From the NCBI RefSeq assembly GCF_001194135.2, contig NC_068993.1, forward strand, positions 61,459,896 through 61,523,895: 64,000 nt of DNA, given 5' to 3'. The notes beneath the pieces are model-generated. The model did no database searches and was not told the origin of the DNA. It worked only from the letters and a program-made list of their open reading frames with translations. The DNA is from Octopus bimaculoides. Taxonomy: Eukaryota. This document shows, one piece after another, positions 26,601 through 37,200 of this stretch. A program made the translations under genes and the position numbers. Within the stretch, counting starts at the first letter, position 1. Each line of letters begins with the position of its first letter.

Positions 26601-26917
26601 ACCAACAGCAGCAGCAACAGAGTTACACCTCTAATACTACTATTACACCTACTACAAATATCACTACTACAGCCACGGTCACAAGCAGCTCCATGAGTGA
26701 GATGCCAGAAGAAGAACCCACATCCCCTGTTGTTGAGGGTAACTTATCCTTGCAGGAGATTCAGCGACGGTCATCCATGGCCACCACCGCAACGATGGCC
26801 ACTCGCATGCTGGTGATTAGCGGCGGCGATGGCTATGAAGACTTCCGCAACAACGTTGCTAACGAAGCTGCTGGTCGTGACGACAGCACCAACCATCTCC
26901 TGCTCTGGCAGGTCTGA
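2760..26917 (+). CDS. ARHGEF17: Rho guanine nucleotide exchange factor 17-like (TEM4/p164-RhoGEF), 5'-partial: 18 exons, 2541 nt, 846 aa (DH C-terminus, PH-like region, C-terminal beta-propeller)
   Basis: All 17 introns are GT-AG and phases join without frameshift. Family motifs: [131 protein letters not shown]. Upstream exons lie outside the window. Confidence 0.93.
3040..3445 (-). mobile_element. tRNA-derived SINE (family B), antisense copy with an internal insertion
   Basis: Reverse complement of the 11838-12214 copy (cagtcatttga.tgtggccatgct at 3050; gactgaaccc...catgtggttg...cttaaccacacagc at 3385-3437). Confidence 0.75.
3865..4300. repeat. (CAC)n/(GTG)n/(GTA)n degenerate trinucleotide tract followed by (GA)n
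   Basis: Visible directly. It explains the polyH/polyP/polyV pseudo-ORFs. Confidence 0.9.
4703..4955. repeat. (TATC)n/(TGTC)n tetranucleotide microsatellite
   Basis: Visible directly. Confidence 0.95.
4965..5440 (-). mobile_element. Mariner (Tc1/mariner) transposon 5' fragment, degenerate
   Basis: Minus strand reads [29 protein letters not shown]...[23 protein letters not shown], the mariner N-terminal HTH pattern (EQR..IKFCVKLGKS...AYGE...FKW..RFK.GR.SLEDDERSGRP). A TIR-like tatacgaaatgctatcaaaa lies near 5440. Confidence 0.75.
6320..6785. repeat. Compound (TA)n/(CA)n/(TACA)n/(GA)n microsatellite
   Basis: Visible directly. Confidence 0.95.
7105..7355. repeat. (GAT)n/(GTG)n/(GTA)n trinucleotide tract
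   Basis: Visible directly. Confidence 0.9.
8030..8330 (+). mobile_element. Non-autonomous Helentron/HINE (DINE-1-like) element candidate
   Basis: Starts with hairpin tacctcc-c-cctt-ggcg-aagg-c-ggaggta (8036-8063), then attgttttca...(tttg)n..gtccgt and gatggatccagatgaaac. This is the layout I recall for invertebrate HINEs. The 3' end is not resolved. Confidence 0.5.
8449..8660 (+). mobile_element. tRNA-derived SINE (family A; core gcctttcatcctttyggggtcgataaa, Meta-domain-like)
   Basis: A-box ggtggtgagctggcagaa, B-box gagttcaaattcc, tail tttcaggccttgtgcc...tagaaagg(att)n. Related copies lie at ~9680-10065, 36190-36500 and 58700-58960 (-). Confidence 0.75.
9405..9590 (+). mobile_element. tRNA-derived SINE (family B), 5' part
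   Basis: ggcatggctgtgtggataagaagcttgc...gggtttgatccc...aaccaaagccttgtgggtggatttggttgatggaaactgag matches 11838-12000. Confidence 0.75.
10108..10275 (+). CDS. ARHGEF17: ARHGEF17-like exon [12 protein letters not shown]...LLLITD
   Basis: tgtttag| ... |gtaagt, 168 nt, phase 0/0. Confidence 0.93.
10633..10683 (+). CDS. ARHGEF17: ARHGEF17-like small exon [17 protein letters not shown]
   Basis: tttgtag| ... |gtaagt, 51 nt, phase 0/0. Confidence 0.85.
11838..12214 (+). mobile_element. tRNA-derived SINE (family B), near full length
   Basis: A-box ggagtggctgtgtggtaag, B-box gggttcagtccc, internal (TA/TG)n, 3' ggcagtgctccagcatggccacagtcaaatgactgaaacaaataaaa. Confidence 0.85.
12235..12470 (-). mobile_element. 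LINE 3'-end remnant
   Basis: Minus strand [32 protein letters not shown] resembles the LINE C-terminal GRP..TW...F.EDL...A.DR..W pattern. Confidence 0.4.
12528..12631 (+). CDS. ARHGEF17: ARHGEF17-like exon [23 protein letters not shown]...
   Basis: gttacag| ... |gtaagt, 104 nt, phase 0/2; FSDL motif of the PH-like region. Confidence 0.9.
12945..13226. repeat. Compound (TA)/(TG) microsatellite with higher-order ~22-34-bp units
   Basis: atatatatgtatgtgtatgtatatatgtctgt recurs. Confidence 0.9.
13468..13556 (+). CDS. ARHGEF17: ARHGEF17-like exon (L)[29 protein letters not shown]
   Basis: tttccag| ... |gtgaga, 89 nt, phase 2/1. Confidence 0.88.
13745..13825 (+). repeat. Dispersed repeat, also at ~24680-24750 (probable DNA-transposon end)
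   Basis: tagcattcttccctttcatgagagtgtcacattaagttgacaa..ctatcactt is shared by both sites. Confidence 0.6.
14422..14534 (+). CDS. ARHGEF17: ARHGEF17-like exon (D)[37 protein letters not shown]
   Basis: ctaaag| ... |gtaaga, 113 nt, phase 1/0. Confidence 0.85.
14613..14890 (+). mobile_element. SINE family B, 3' part with expanded (TA)n
   Basis: gatggaaactgaaagaagcc...ggcagtgctccagcatggccacagtcaaatgactga matches 11970-12205. Confidence 0.8.
16371..16486 (+). CDS. ARHGEF17: ARHGEF17-like exon [17 protein letters not shown]...LELQITT(Q)
   Basis: tctttcag| ... |gtacgt, 116 nt, phase 0/2. Confidence 0.88.
16870..16961 (+). CDS. ARHGEF17: ARHGEF17-like exon [30 protein letters not shown]
   Basis: ccacag| ... 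|gtaagt, 92 nt, phase 2/1. Confidence 0.9.
17188..17261 (+). CDS. ARHGEF17: ARHGEF17-like exon [24 protein letters not shown]
   Basis: ctgcag| ... |gtgagc, 74 nt, phase 1/0. Confidence 0.9.
17790..18375. repeat. Degenerate (GAT)n tract followed by ~20-bp tandem agaggagtcatagagagtcac units
   Basis: Visible directly. Confidence 0.75.
18597..18799 (+). CDS. ARHGEF17: ARHGEF17-like exon FSCAAS...[19 protein letters not shown]...[10 protein letters not shown]
   Basis: ttgcag| ... |gtgagt, 203 nt, phase 0/2. Confidence 0.93.
19530..19642 (+). promoter_or_regulatory. Two perfect DR5 nuclear-receptor motifs (AGGTCA-n5-AGGTCA)
   Basis: aggtca-tttga-aggtca at 19530-19546 and aggtca-tctga-aggtca at 19626-19642. 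The motifs are seen directly; function is unproven. Confidence 0.35.
19700..20330 (+). mobile_element. RTE-clade LINE RT fragment, degenerate
   Basis: [24 protein letters not shown]...[25 protein letters not shown] (with frameshifts) resembles the RTE-type RT C-terminus. The 3' boundary is approximate. Confidence 0.65.
20457..20671 (+). CDS. ARHGEF17: ARHGEF17-like exon, S/D/E-rich linker ([10 protein letters not shown]...ESESSDDD...LCVE)
   Basis: taacag| ... |gtaagt, 215 nt, phase 2/1; it bridges the neighbouring exon phases exactly. Confidence 0.85.
21118..21163 (+). ncRNA. Minimal type-I hammerhead ribozyme fold (Penelope-type, dimer-dependent) inside a short repeat (~21080-21210)
   Basis: Helix I GACAC(21118-22)/GTGTT(21159-63); core CTGATGA plus extra A (21123-30); helix II GGCTG/CAGCC with a 10-nt loop; GAAA (21151-54); quasi-palindromic ATGT in place of ACGT; predicted cleavage after GUU (21158). 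Confidence 0.65.
21270..21700 (-). mobile_element. LINE (RTE/L2-type) C-terminal fragment
   Basis: [35 protein letters not shown] matches the L.W.GHV.RM...RLP.....EL...R..GRP LINE motif. Confidence 0.7.
21880..22009 (+). CDS. ARHGEF17: ARHGEF17-like exon (D)[12 protein letters not shown]...[11 protein letters not shown]
   Basis: ttccaaag| ... |gtaaag, 130 nt, phase 1/2. Confidence 0.9.
22190..22400 (-). mobile_element. tRNA-derived SINE (family D), degenerate
   Basis: ctcaagaatacaat...ggaatcgaacc...cctaaccactcggc is the reverse complement of a tRNA-like head, as at 25560-25650. Confidence 0.65.
22731..22817 (+). CDS. ARHGEF17: ARHGEF17-like exon [28 protein letters not shown]
   Basis: ctacag| ... 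|gtaagt, 87 nt, phase 2/2. Confidence 0.9.
23657..23724 (+). CDS. ARHGEF17: ARHGEF17-like exon [22 protein letters not shown]
   Basis: ttccag| ... |gtaagt, 68 nt, phase 2/1. Confidence 0.92.
24093..24241 (+). CDS. ARHGEF17: ARHGEF17-like exon (D)GQWDTEHP...[21 protein letters not shown]
   Basis: ttttcag| ... |gtgagt, 149 nt, phase 1/0. Confidence 0.92.
24846..25020 (+). CDS. ARHGEF17: ARHGEF17-like exon HQFIVNPD...GVWVA...[15 protein letters not shown]
   Basis: ttccag| ... |gtaagt, 175 nt, phase 0/1. Confidence 0.92.
25270..25650 (-). mobile_element. tRNA-derived SINE (family D), near full length
   Basis: Minus-strand head tgcatggctcagtggttagagcg...gggtttgattcccgg followed by tgtgttcttgagcaag. 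The body matches the copy at 59160-59430. Confidence 0.85.
26108..26281 (+). CDS. ARHGEF17: ARHGEF17-like exon [38 protein letters not shown]...
   Basis: ctttag| ... |gtgaaa, 174 nt, phase 1/1. Confidence 0.93.
26478..26917 (+). CDS. ARHGEF17: ARHGEF17-like terminal exon [13 protein letters not shown]...[13 protein letters not shown]...NHLLLWQV*
   Basis: ttctag| acceptor, 440 nt, phase 1, TGA at 26915-26917. Confidence 0.95.
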
Positions 26918-27492
26918 GACAATTTTCCCTGACTTTGCTCTTGTTTCCTGTTAATTATTGAACTATTGATTAATCTGGCGATTAATCTCTGTTTCTCTCT
27001 ATAATGATGCCTCTTTCTCTCCTCCCCCCTTTCTCTCAAACTTGGTTCCTTACACCCAGATGACCTGTGTGCACGCGCGCATGCGTGTGTGTGTGTGTGT
27101 GTATGTGTGCAATGTAAGGATGAAGGGGGTGAGCGTGGAGAACCCTTAATTTTTGAGTCGACACATGCGAGACGCTCTCCGCTGTAGAATGGCGGAACCG
27201 AACAAAAGACGAACAACACAAACATGAAACGACGAAATTTGTAAACATGAGCTTTGGTGTCCAAGAACATTTTAAGATAATACATGTAATACATATGTAC
27301 ATACATAAGGACATGCATATATACATACATGCATATATATATAATGTGTGTGTGTGTGTATACAGTGAAATGATAGCAAATTTGAGGAAATATTTGGTGC
27401 TGCGTTGAAAGATATCAATTTGGTTGTGACATCTGATCAGTGAAAAATATTAGTGAGTATTAATTGTTGAATGAATTAACTAATTAATAATA

Positions 27493-27524
<32 letters not shown>

Positions 27525-27807
27525 GAGTATTTATTGTTTATTGTATATGTGTATGTATATATATATTATGTACATATATAGATATATACATACATGTAAT
27601 TGCAGATGAACGCTAAAAGTCACACATTGACATACAACAATATATTATCGTAAACATTGCATACATACATTACATGCATATGTACACACACACATATATA
27701 CATACATACTCACACTATGAAGTGTGCGTGCGTGCATGTCTATTTAAAGGAGGGTGAAGTAAAAGTGTTTCCTATTTAATATCTATTTTTTCTCATCTAT
27801 ATATATA

Positions 27808-27857
<50 letters not shown>

Positions 27858-30800
27858 TGTATGTATGTATATATATATATACATACACATACACACTTAT
27901 ATGTGTGTGTATTTGTTTTGTGTAAAATCAGAATCTATTCGAGGACTATTCAACATTATGGGACGACTACGTTGAAAACAATATTTTTCTATTAACATGG
28001 TTATTTTTATACAAATAATATATGCATATATATCCATGTGCATATGCATACAAACATTATCAAGTAAATATATATATATTTTCTTCTTTATATATATATA
28101 TAATGTTGTTCTTCATGATTGTTGGAATTAAAAAATTTTTTTTCCATTATTCTAAAGATATTTCTGCCCCATTCCTTCCTGACAAACTGCTTGGCCCCTG
28201 CCTCGCGCCCTGCTCTTCCCCCAATCTGTCACAGCATCTACAAACACATACAATTTCACATACAAAAACTTCATTTCAAGGAGAAAGCTTTCTTCTTTGT
28301 TTTTAAAAATTGGTTAGCAAGCAGGAACCCTCGTTGCCATTTTTTTTTTCTTTTGCTGCCAGTTAATTTCTGAAGGTTTTTGGTTATGAACAAACATAAC
28401 AATGGGCAGTGCTGAATCACACATTAGTGTGGAAAGAGGATTATTTTTGTGTAGTTTTGTTTTTTGTGTTTTTTTTTCTAAAAAAAATTTCTATTTTTTT
28501 AAATTCCATTATGGGAGGGAGATTAGGAGTGGATTCATAACCTAATTATATACACCCCACCTCTTCTTCTTCCTCCTAATTAGCCCCTTCACCTCACCCC
28601 ATCGTCTTTCTGTCTTCATTGTTCCCCCACCACCTCTTAAGTCAATGACTCACACTCTGTCTGTCTGTCTCTCTCTCTCTCTTCTTTCAAGCAGCTGAAT
28701 GTTGCTTCTGGCTTGTGGTAACCCCCTTGCACTCGCCAGGACCCTATTTCTCTCTAACAAAAATAGACAATGTGATGCACCAGAATGTTCTCTTTATTCT
28801 TTTAGAATGTTTAGAATATGTGTGTGTGTGTGTATTATATAATACTGTATACAACATCTATCTGTCTATCTATCTACCTGCCTGTCTGTCTATCCCTCTA
28901 TCTATCAACAGGATGACAGTTTGACTTGCTCTCTGTATTCATGTGTGTGCAAGGTAACCCTATGTAAGGGTGGAAGTTCCAAGTGTTATGTTGCCATTCC
29001 CACCCAGTAACTGCACAAAGCTGCATCACATGTCACAAGACTGTTACATGGTGTTACAATAGCTAAACTATTGGAAATAACACCTTGTATTGAGTACTTG
29101 CACACATCACACTCCCACAGTCTCTATGTACTCGTACACACATTTCAGAACAAAATAGATTTACTTCCTAAAGTTTATCTTTTTCTAATCCATGCTGTGT
29201 TTCATATAATACACAAATTCACACACAAACAAATACAGAACCCACGGTCTTATTCAGATATGTCCAAACCTGAAGAAAGAGAAACAGTGAATGTCGGGGG
29301 TTTGTCTAGTGTTTTTCTAGTATCTAACATCTGAAAATTTCCCAGGTTATTCCTGTAATCCTTTCTTCCAGTGGAAGAACAAATGGAGATTCTTAGGTTT
29401 CTCCTGATTTGTGTGTTTAGGATTGAATTCTTGTCAGCTGAATAAACTGAGGGCATGAAACAAGCCAAAAAAAAAATTTACAGAGAAATATTCAATCTCT
29501 GACCCCCCTGCTGAAACTGAAAGACAATGTCTGGAATGATGAGAGAAGTAGAGGAGACAGTGTGATCAAACAAGGGGTGGGGAGTGTCTTCTCGGTTTAT
29601 TATATCTACTTATCTATATCTATTTATCTACCTATTTTAATCTCTCTCTATATATATACTTATATCTAACTATCTATCTAGTTACCTATCGGTCTATCTA
29701 TTATCTATCTGTATATCTATCTAGCCATACTGGTTTTATCTACCTGTCTATCTTGAAGTGAAAGTAAATAGTTATATGTAGAGAAATACATCATTGTAGA
29801 GTTACTAAACTGAACTGTACACCTTATACACTACAGTTCAACTATTAAAAACTGAGTGGGTCATACATTACACACACATACATACATACATACACAATGT
29901 TTTGTTTTCTTATCTTCCCTGTTAGGGTCTGATTGCTTTATTTTTTCTTGGATGTCTCCCTCTTAATCCTATCTGTTAATTGCCAAATTATTCAAACAAG
30001 TGGAACCATTTTTTGTCTTCTTTTCATGGTCAATTGAGGCCTATGTCTGCACCGCAATCGGACTGCTGATTCCTCACCACTGATGGAAGCTGGACTATGG
30101 TGACCTTTTATTATTCATAAAACAGACACAGTTTAGTTGTAAGTGTGATAATGTAAAGCAGTGAGCTTCTCTCTGGTTGAAAGCTTCAACAATTTCCGCA
30201 ATGTGGCTGTTTTTCATTGGACCTGAGATTACTGCTGAGATTATTTTGTCTCTTCTATAAGCATCAGGCCATATATTGTGGCTGTAATAATTTATTAATG
30301 ATATTTTGTAATTAATCTGGATAGAGTTAAAGCATTCCTCTGCAGGTTTTATGGAAAAAGACATTTAGCTGTCAATAATAATGTATCTGTGTAGTAATGT
30401 GTTTGTATGTGTGAGTGTATATATATATATATATATATATTTATAAATGTATGTATATAGATATGTGTATGTATGAATGTATACAAAAGATTTTCAGGGA
30501 TAAGTGATGATTGGCAGGTATAGCCAAGTTGGTAAATCCAGAATTGCTCTTTGTGGGATCATAGCAGTCATGATGGTCACACATGAAATAAACCGTTTCT
30601 GTTGTTCTCAGGGATTAAATATCTATGAGAGTCTCTAAAACATTGTTCATTGCTGTTTCTTGAAATTACCAGATAACATTGGAGCAATGTCCTCTGTTGT
30701 GGAGATGGCTTCATTCTATCGTTCATGTTACATCTTCACACATTGGACAGTATATCTGTCTGTGTATAAAGTACTCGACATCACCTGCTTGAGACTTTAC

Positions 30801-31637
30801 ATTGATTTCTGGAGGAATAACTGCATCAGTTAGGTTCTTAGTTCTCAGTAAGAAAAGCCCATGATTAACAGCCATTTGTGGACTGGACTCGAACCAGTCC
30901 ATTTATATTGGGAAAGCCATCAATGCTGGAGCTTCCTCGTTTCTAATTGCAATTCTAAGGTTTTTCAATACCTGTAGAAGCAAACACTCATATTGCTCAT
31001 TATTATTATTTTGCATTTTATTTCATCTGCCGTTCAGGTCTCAACCAGAGACCCCAAGACACATATATATATTAGACGGAAATAAAACTTCCTGAGAATG
31101 AGGGCGGTTGATGTCAACACAATTTTTTGAGTCTTGTATTATTACTAGAATTATTTTTAACAACAACAACAACAATAATAATAGCAATAACATTAAATCA
31201 TCGTATCATATAATATAATAATTGGCCATGCTACTATTGTCCAGTCTCCATACAGTGAGTGTGGCCATCAGCCAACCACAGTTGATGTTTAAAGGCCGGA
31301 TGATGATGTTGTGTGCATATGCATATATATTGCATGTTATATGCAATGACCTCAAATTGACCTTGATTCATGGCAGTCATAGAATTCAGAACATTTATTT
31401 TTATTATCATTTACTATTAAAAAATCAAGAAAAAAAATTATTTCCTTCCCCCCCCCCAATTTTTTGGGTGGGGCTAAAGAGAAAATAAATTAGACACATA
31501 TAGAATGTTTGGCTATTTTTCAACCGGAATGAAGATTATCTTGAAGGAAATTCCACCTTGATTGGGTTCCCTTGGCAACCATTCCACCATACCCTGTCAC
31601 ACAAATATATTTTCATGCTGGCTTATGNNNNNNNNNN

Positions 31638-31674
<37 letters not shown>

Positions 31675-33181
31675 AAGACATCTAGTCTTATCTTTTAATT
31701 CACAAGCATCTCATCAAAATATTCCTTTATTTATTTTAACACACACACACATACACACACCATTGTTAATTTTATTTTGACAAACAATTGATTGAAGAAT
31801 TTTCAGATCCATGTTTAAGGCTCTTTTGCTGTTGTGTCCAACAATCTGCTGATCAGACCATTTCTAGAACGTATTAAAACTGCCCACTCCGAATGATGAA
31901 GAAATCCTTCCATTTGTTCAAGAGCATTCGTGTACAACAACAGTAGAGGCAAGCCTTCACTGATGATGACAATAATTAAAGGTGATTGTTTTAACACAAA
32001 ACACCTGCAAAACCCAAGCCAATGTAGGTGCTTCTTGAGTAATCTCCTCACCTGTGTAAACCACTTTCTGTACCAAATTCCCTTGGCATCTTCAAAATAG
32101 GGAACACATAATTGAAGACCACTTGTCCCCTAAATATGTTGCATTAAAGGTGGAATGGCTACAGGTAGAAATATGATTGAAGGCATTGTTCATTTGAATG
32201 TCTCTAAAACATACAGGTGTGTTCAAGTAGAGAGATTACAGGAGCTTCTTCACAGCAACATACCTGAATCCTTTCCTGTTGCTCTTATGATATCCCCACC
32301 CCCTTTTTTTACAAAAGATGTGGGAATTTTTAAACAGCTTATTAAAAAATAATTTTAATTTTGTGTTAACATTTGCCCTTGTAGCTAATTAAAGACATTA
32401 TTTATTATTATTATTAAATTGTATAAATTTCTGATTTTAAACAGTTGTTTCAAATAAGGCAAGGTTTATACAAGTTTTACCTTTTTTTTTTTTTTGCTAA
32501 ATTAATATTAAATGTATTAAAATGACTCAATTTGGCTTATTTTGATATTAAGGATGATTTCATTGATGAATTAGTATTAGTTATAATTAAAAATAACAAA
32601 CAACAGCATCAGTAACAAACATTGCCCAACACATTAAAAAAAGAAAAAAAATTAATATCCTCCCCCACGTATTTGCTGATTCTTAATTAACATGAATAAA
32701 TTATGTGTAAAGAAATCCCACATCAGACAAGAAGTAAAGTTTCTTTTTTTACTTTACTCTAATCCTAACCAAATTACAATATTCTTAATCTAGTCGATTC
32801 TTTTACCTTGTTTCATGAGACACCTCTTGAAGCAATGCTTGTGACACACACACACACACACAGTATTGAAATTGGGGGGAGAAATGAAAACCAACTACAT
32901 CACTTAAAATAAATACGTATATATGTATCCTTCTTATCTTTGTCTGTTTACAACAACAACAACAAATAAATTACCCTGCTGAAGGCTTTTTTGTTGTTGT
33001 TTTTACTTGAAAAAAAATGATCAAAGTATGAACAGACAAAAACAAATTTTGCTATAATCCATCAAAAGGAGAAATAAAATTAAATCAATGCTAAACACTA
33101 ATATATATATATGTATGTACGTGTGTATGTATATATGTTTGTGTAGATATGTGTATGTATGTACATGTGCATGTATGTATG

Positions 33182-33212
<31 letters not shown>

Positions 33213-34469
33213 TAGTGTCATATATTCATTATAAGTTTGTGACAGCTCCATGTTTTGGAAAATGGTTCTAAGGTTGACCTACCATTTTGACACGTTATTT
33301 AAATAACCATTTCTCTAGAGTTTGTTTCCTCCTGTTCTGGAAATATATTCACTTGGAATTAATTTTCTAAATCAGTTTTTTTTTTTGCTAAATATTTCTC
33401 CTACTTTAACAATAATAAATAATGCAAATATTTTAAACAAATAATAATAATAATAATGATACACACATATTCTTTTATCTTAGTAGAAAGAGATAGAAAA
33501 ACGGCAGACATATTTGTTCAATCCAACATATGAAGTTGTTTTTTCAGAGTGTTTTATATATATGATGTTTCTTTAATATAAAAAGTGTTCATCTGAAAAG
33601 GCCACTTATATCATTAAGAAAATTTAAATGAAATTAATTAAAAAAAACAAAAAACCTCCAAAAACATCCTCAACTAAAACAAAAACCAAAAAACAATAAA
33701 ATCTCTCAACAAAACACCCCTAAAAAAAAAAAAGATATTAAATGAATAACAAGTCTGTTGATTAGATTAATGAAATATCTTATGAATTTTGTAGTTGACT
33801 GGGAATATTTTGATTTTCCCCATTTCCATCTTGGCTTTGACATTTTTTACTCTCCGAATTGAAGACTTCTGGTGTTACCCTCTTAATCCTTTCTCCTTGA
33901 ATGTAAGTTGGAAAGGCACCAGTGAAACCGATAATTGCAAAAATAAAAACAACAAAAAAAAAAAAACCAACAACCCACCAAAAATAAGCAATTGGCACCT
34001 GGACACATTTGTTATTCGATCAGTTGTCTGTTACTGTTCACATTTATCTTTTTTACAACAGAAAAAAAAACAAAAACAAAACACAAACACAAAACATTCA
34101 TCATTCGGATTTCAACATCAGTTGTTTGTTATTTATTTTTATTTATTTATTTATGCTCATTAAATATTTGAAATGTTCTAATTTTGGGCTTCTTGGTTTT
34201 TTATTATTTTTCTTTATGTGTTGCTTTTGAATCTGTGTCCCTTGGGGCAGGGACCTTTCATCGCTACTATCGATCACTGTGCAGCTCCTACGGATCATCT
34301 CTCTTTTCTCTTTCTCCCTGTCCCTTATTAAATATCAGTAGCCATGCAGATCCCCTGGAAGAACCTGCTTTGTATCCTCCCACCATCCGTTAACCCTTCG
34401 TTCCCTAGTATAAAGCTGACCTCCATCTTTCTTAGGGTTCATAGTCCTGCGATCTGCGTGGCAACCTCA

Positions 34470-35360
34470 TTAGTGCTGATGGCTCAAAAACTGCAACCAG
34501 TCCATACTGTAAGTAGTTGAGGTTGCGAAGGGCATCCAGCTGTAGAAACCATGCAAAAGCAGACATTAGAAGACAACACAATCCTTAGAATCATCAGATC
34601 CTGTCAAACTGTCCAACTCATGCCAACATGGACATTAAATGATGATGATGGTGGTGATGATTAAATATGGCAACATCTGTTACAAGCATGATCTTTGAAC
34701 TTTGAACCTCACAGAGGCAATGACTCATGACAGATCTTTGGCATTATGTCATGCTTGAGAAGATCTGTCAAGCCAAGTGAAATTGTAGTCATGGCCAATG
34801 CTGGTGTCACGTAACTGGTACCTGTGCTGGTGACATGTAAAGAGCACCTTTCGAGCGTTGGGCCTCACAGAGGCAAAGTGGCTGAGTTCCTTTTGAGCGT
34901 TGGGTCTTATGCAGGCAAAGTGGTTGGCTTCTCAGAGGCAATGACCGAGACCTTTGGCATTGTCATGCTTGAGAAGAAGACCCATCAAGCCAAGCAAAAT
35001 CGCAGATACTGGTGTCACACAAATGGCACCTGTGTTGGTGGCATATAAGAGCACCCATTACACTCTCAGAGTGGTTGGCATTAGGAAGGGCATGCCAAAT
35101 CAGACTGGAGTCTGGTGCAGTCCTCCAGCTTACCAGCTCTGGTCAAACCATCCAACCCATGCCAGCATGGACACGGATGTTAAATGATATATATATATAT
35201 ATAGTACCTGAACCAGTGCATTGTACTCTGTAGGAAGAGTATCCATCCACAGAAAAAACACCAAAACAAACATGGAGCCCAGGCAGCCCTTCAGCTGGTC
35301 AGCTCCTGTCAACCCATACCAGTATGGAAAATGGATGTTAAATGATGATGATGATGAGGA
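34470..35360. mobile_element. Cluster of family-C SINE/LINE-tail repeats
   Basis: ggcatccagctgtagaaaccatg...gttaaatgatgatga recurs at ~34530-34650, 35085-35190 and 35225-35355. Confidence 0.7.
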
Positions 35361-36830
35361 TATATATTTTCCCTGCTCTCTATTAGGAGGAGGCACAAGC
35401 ACTTACACACTTCTGCCAATCAAATTCAATCTCAAGGCTTTGTAGAAGACACTTGCCCAAAGTGGGACAGAACCTGAAACCATGTGGCTGGGAAGCAAGC
35501 TTCCTAACCACACAGCCACGCCTATATAAAAGAGGGTAACATAAAGATTAAATTTTGTGAGTTCAAATGACAGTCTTAACCCTGGCCTGTTTGCTGCCAC
35601 CAGAACCCTTCTACAACACCATCACTTCAATTCAGCCGAGTCTACCATAAAAAGACAGACAAGTTTAGACATGGCTGAGCAGTTACAAAGTTTGCTTCAC
35701 AATTACATGATTTCTGGTTCAATTCCATTGTATGGCACCTTAGGCAAGTTTCTTCTATTTATAGCTTAAGGCTGACCTATGCTTTAAGAGTGAAATTTGC
35801 TTGAAAGAAACTGTATAGAAGGATATTGCAAGTGCACGTGTATGCGCACGTGTGCTTATGCATGGAAATGTTTATTTTTGCATATGTCTTCACAGCCACC
35901 ATTTGAACAACAATAGATGTTTGTTTACATTTGCTGCAAACAAGACTCCCCACAGTTTCAAGTAAAACGAAAGCATCTTACTTAAGAAGCAAAAATTGAC
36001 AAGAAGGACATCCAACTATTGGAAACTGCCTCGTTAAGACTCATCTAACCCAAGCAAGCATAGAACATCAAACAAAGACAACGAACAATGATACACGTAA
36101 ACTAGACAACTGCCTCAAAAACTGCATTGATTCTCAATAATGTGCAGTATACGCCACCAGTTAAGTGACAGTCCAAGAAGAATCCCCTTTTATCCTTTTG
36201 GGGGTCGATAAAACACAACACCAGTACTGGAGTTAATGGTGTTGACTAAGCCCTCTCCCTAAAATTGCTGGTTTTGTGTCAAAATCCGAAACGGTTACAA
36301 GGTGGCAGAATTCCTTAGCACATCAGACAAATGCTCAACACCATTGCTTCCAGTTTTTAACATTCCAAGTTCAAATTCTGGCAAGGTTAACTTTGCCTTC
36401 CATCCTGTTGGGATCAACAAAATAAGTATTAGCTGAGTGCTTGTGTTGAGCTAATCAACTTCCCCACCCCTCAAAATTGGTGGCCTTGTCTCAAGTTTAG
36501 AAAGAATTATTAACTAAATGAGAAGCAAATTAGCAGAATCCTAACAGTTCTGTGCAAAATGTCTTGCAGTGTTTGTTCTGTCTGGCCCTCTACGTTCTCA
36601 CTGAAACCAACCCTGCTCTTTGTCCAGCCAGGGCCAATGAAATGAAATACTTGTCTTGTACTAATGACGATTTAAATGACTAAAACCAGAAAATTTCTGG
36701 TCTTCTGTCTGTATTAGAAAAGAACCATAAAATTTCTTAATCATCATTTTGTTGCTCCCAAAATTCTTCCAAATTGCAATAAATAAAACAATAAATAAAA
36801 AATGAAAGAAATGTGAAAAATCAAAAAAAT

Positions 36831-37200
36831 TTATTTTTTCTTGTGTAGTTTCTGCTTTTTATGTTTTACTTCGTGTTTTGATTTATGAGAAGAATATCTT
36901 TTCCTCTGAGATTGTGATGTGTCTACAGAACCATTTCTGGCATTAGATTCAGGAGAAGAAGAGGGAGACTTCTTGGAGTCTCTTGGTAAATGTTCAGATT
37001 TCCGAGATGAGGAGGTAGGTGAACGATGTCTGCTACGATGATGGCTTGAGTTTGATGTGTGGTGATTCCTGCTGTTTGGGAGGATATTACTTTTGATGAT
37101 TGCTTCTCTTTGTCTTTGGCGCCGTTTTGAATCACTGACGATGCCGAGCAGAGTGTTATTGAGGAAAACCTTATTTGCTTGTGGAATTGGACATTTGCGC
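36831..37200 (-). CDS. POLR1D: POLR1D-iso2-like exon 3 (W)[18 protein letters not shown] + S/R/H/K-rich tail
   Basis: Acceptor cctttactttcag| at 37201; 370 nt to TAA. Confidence 0.85.
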
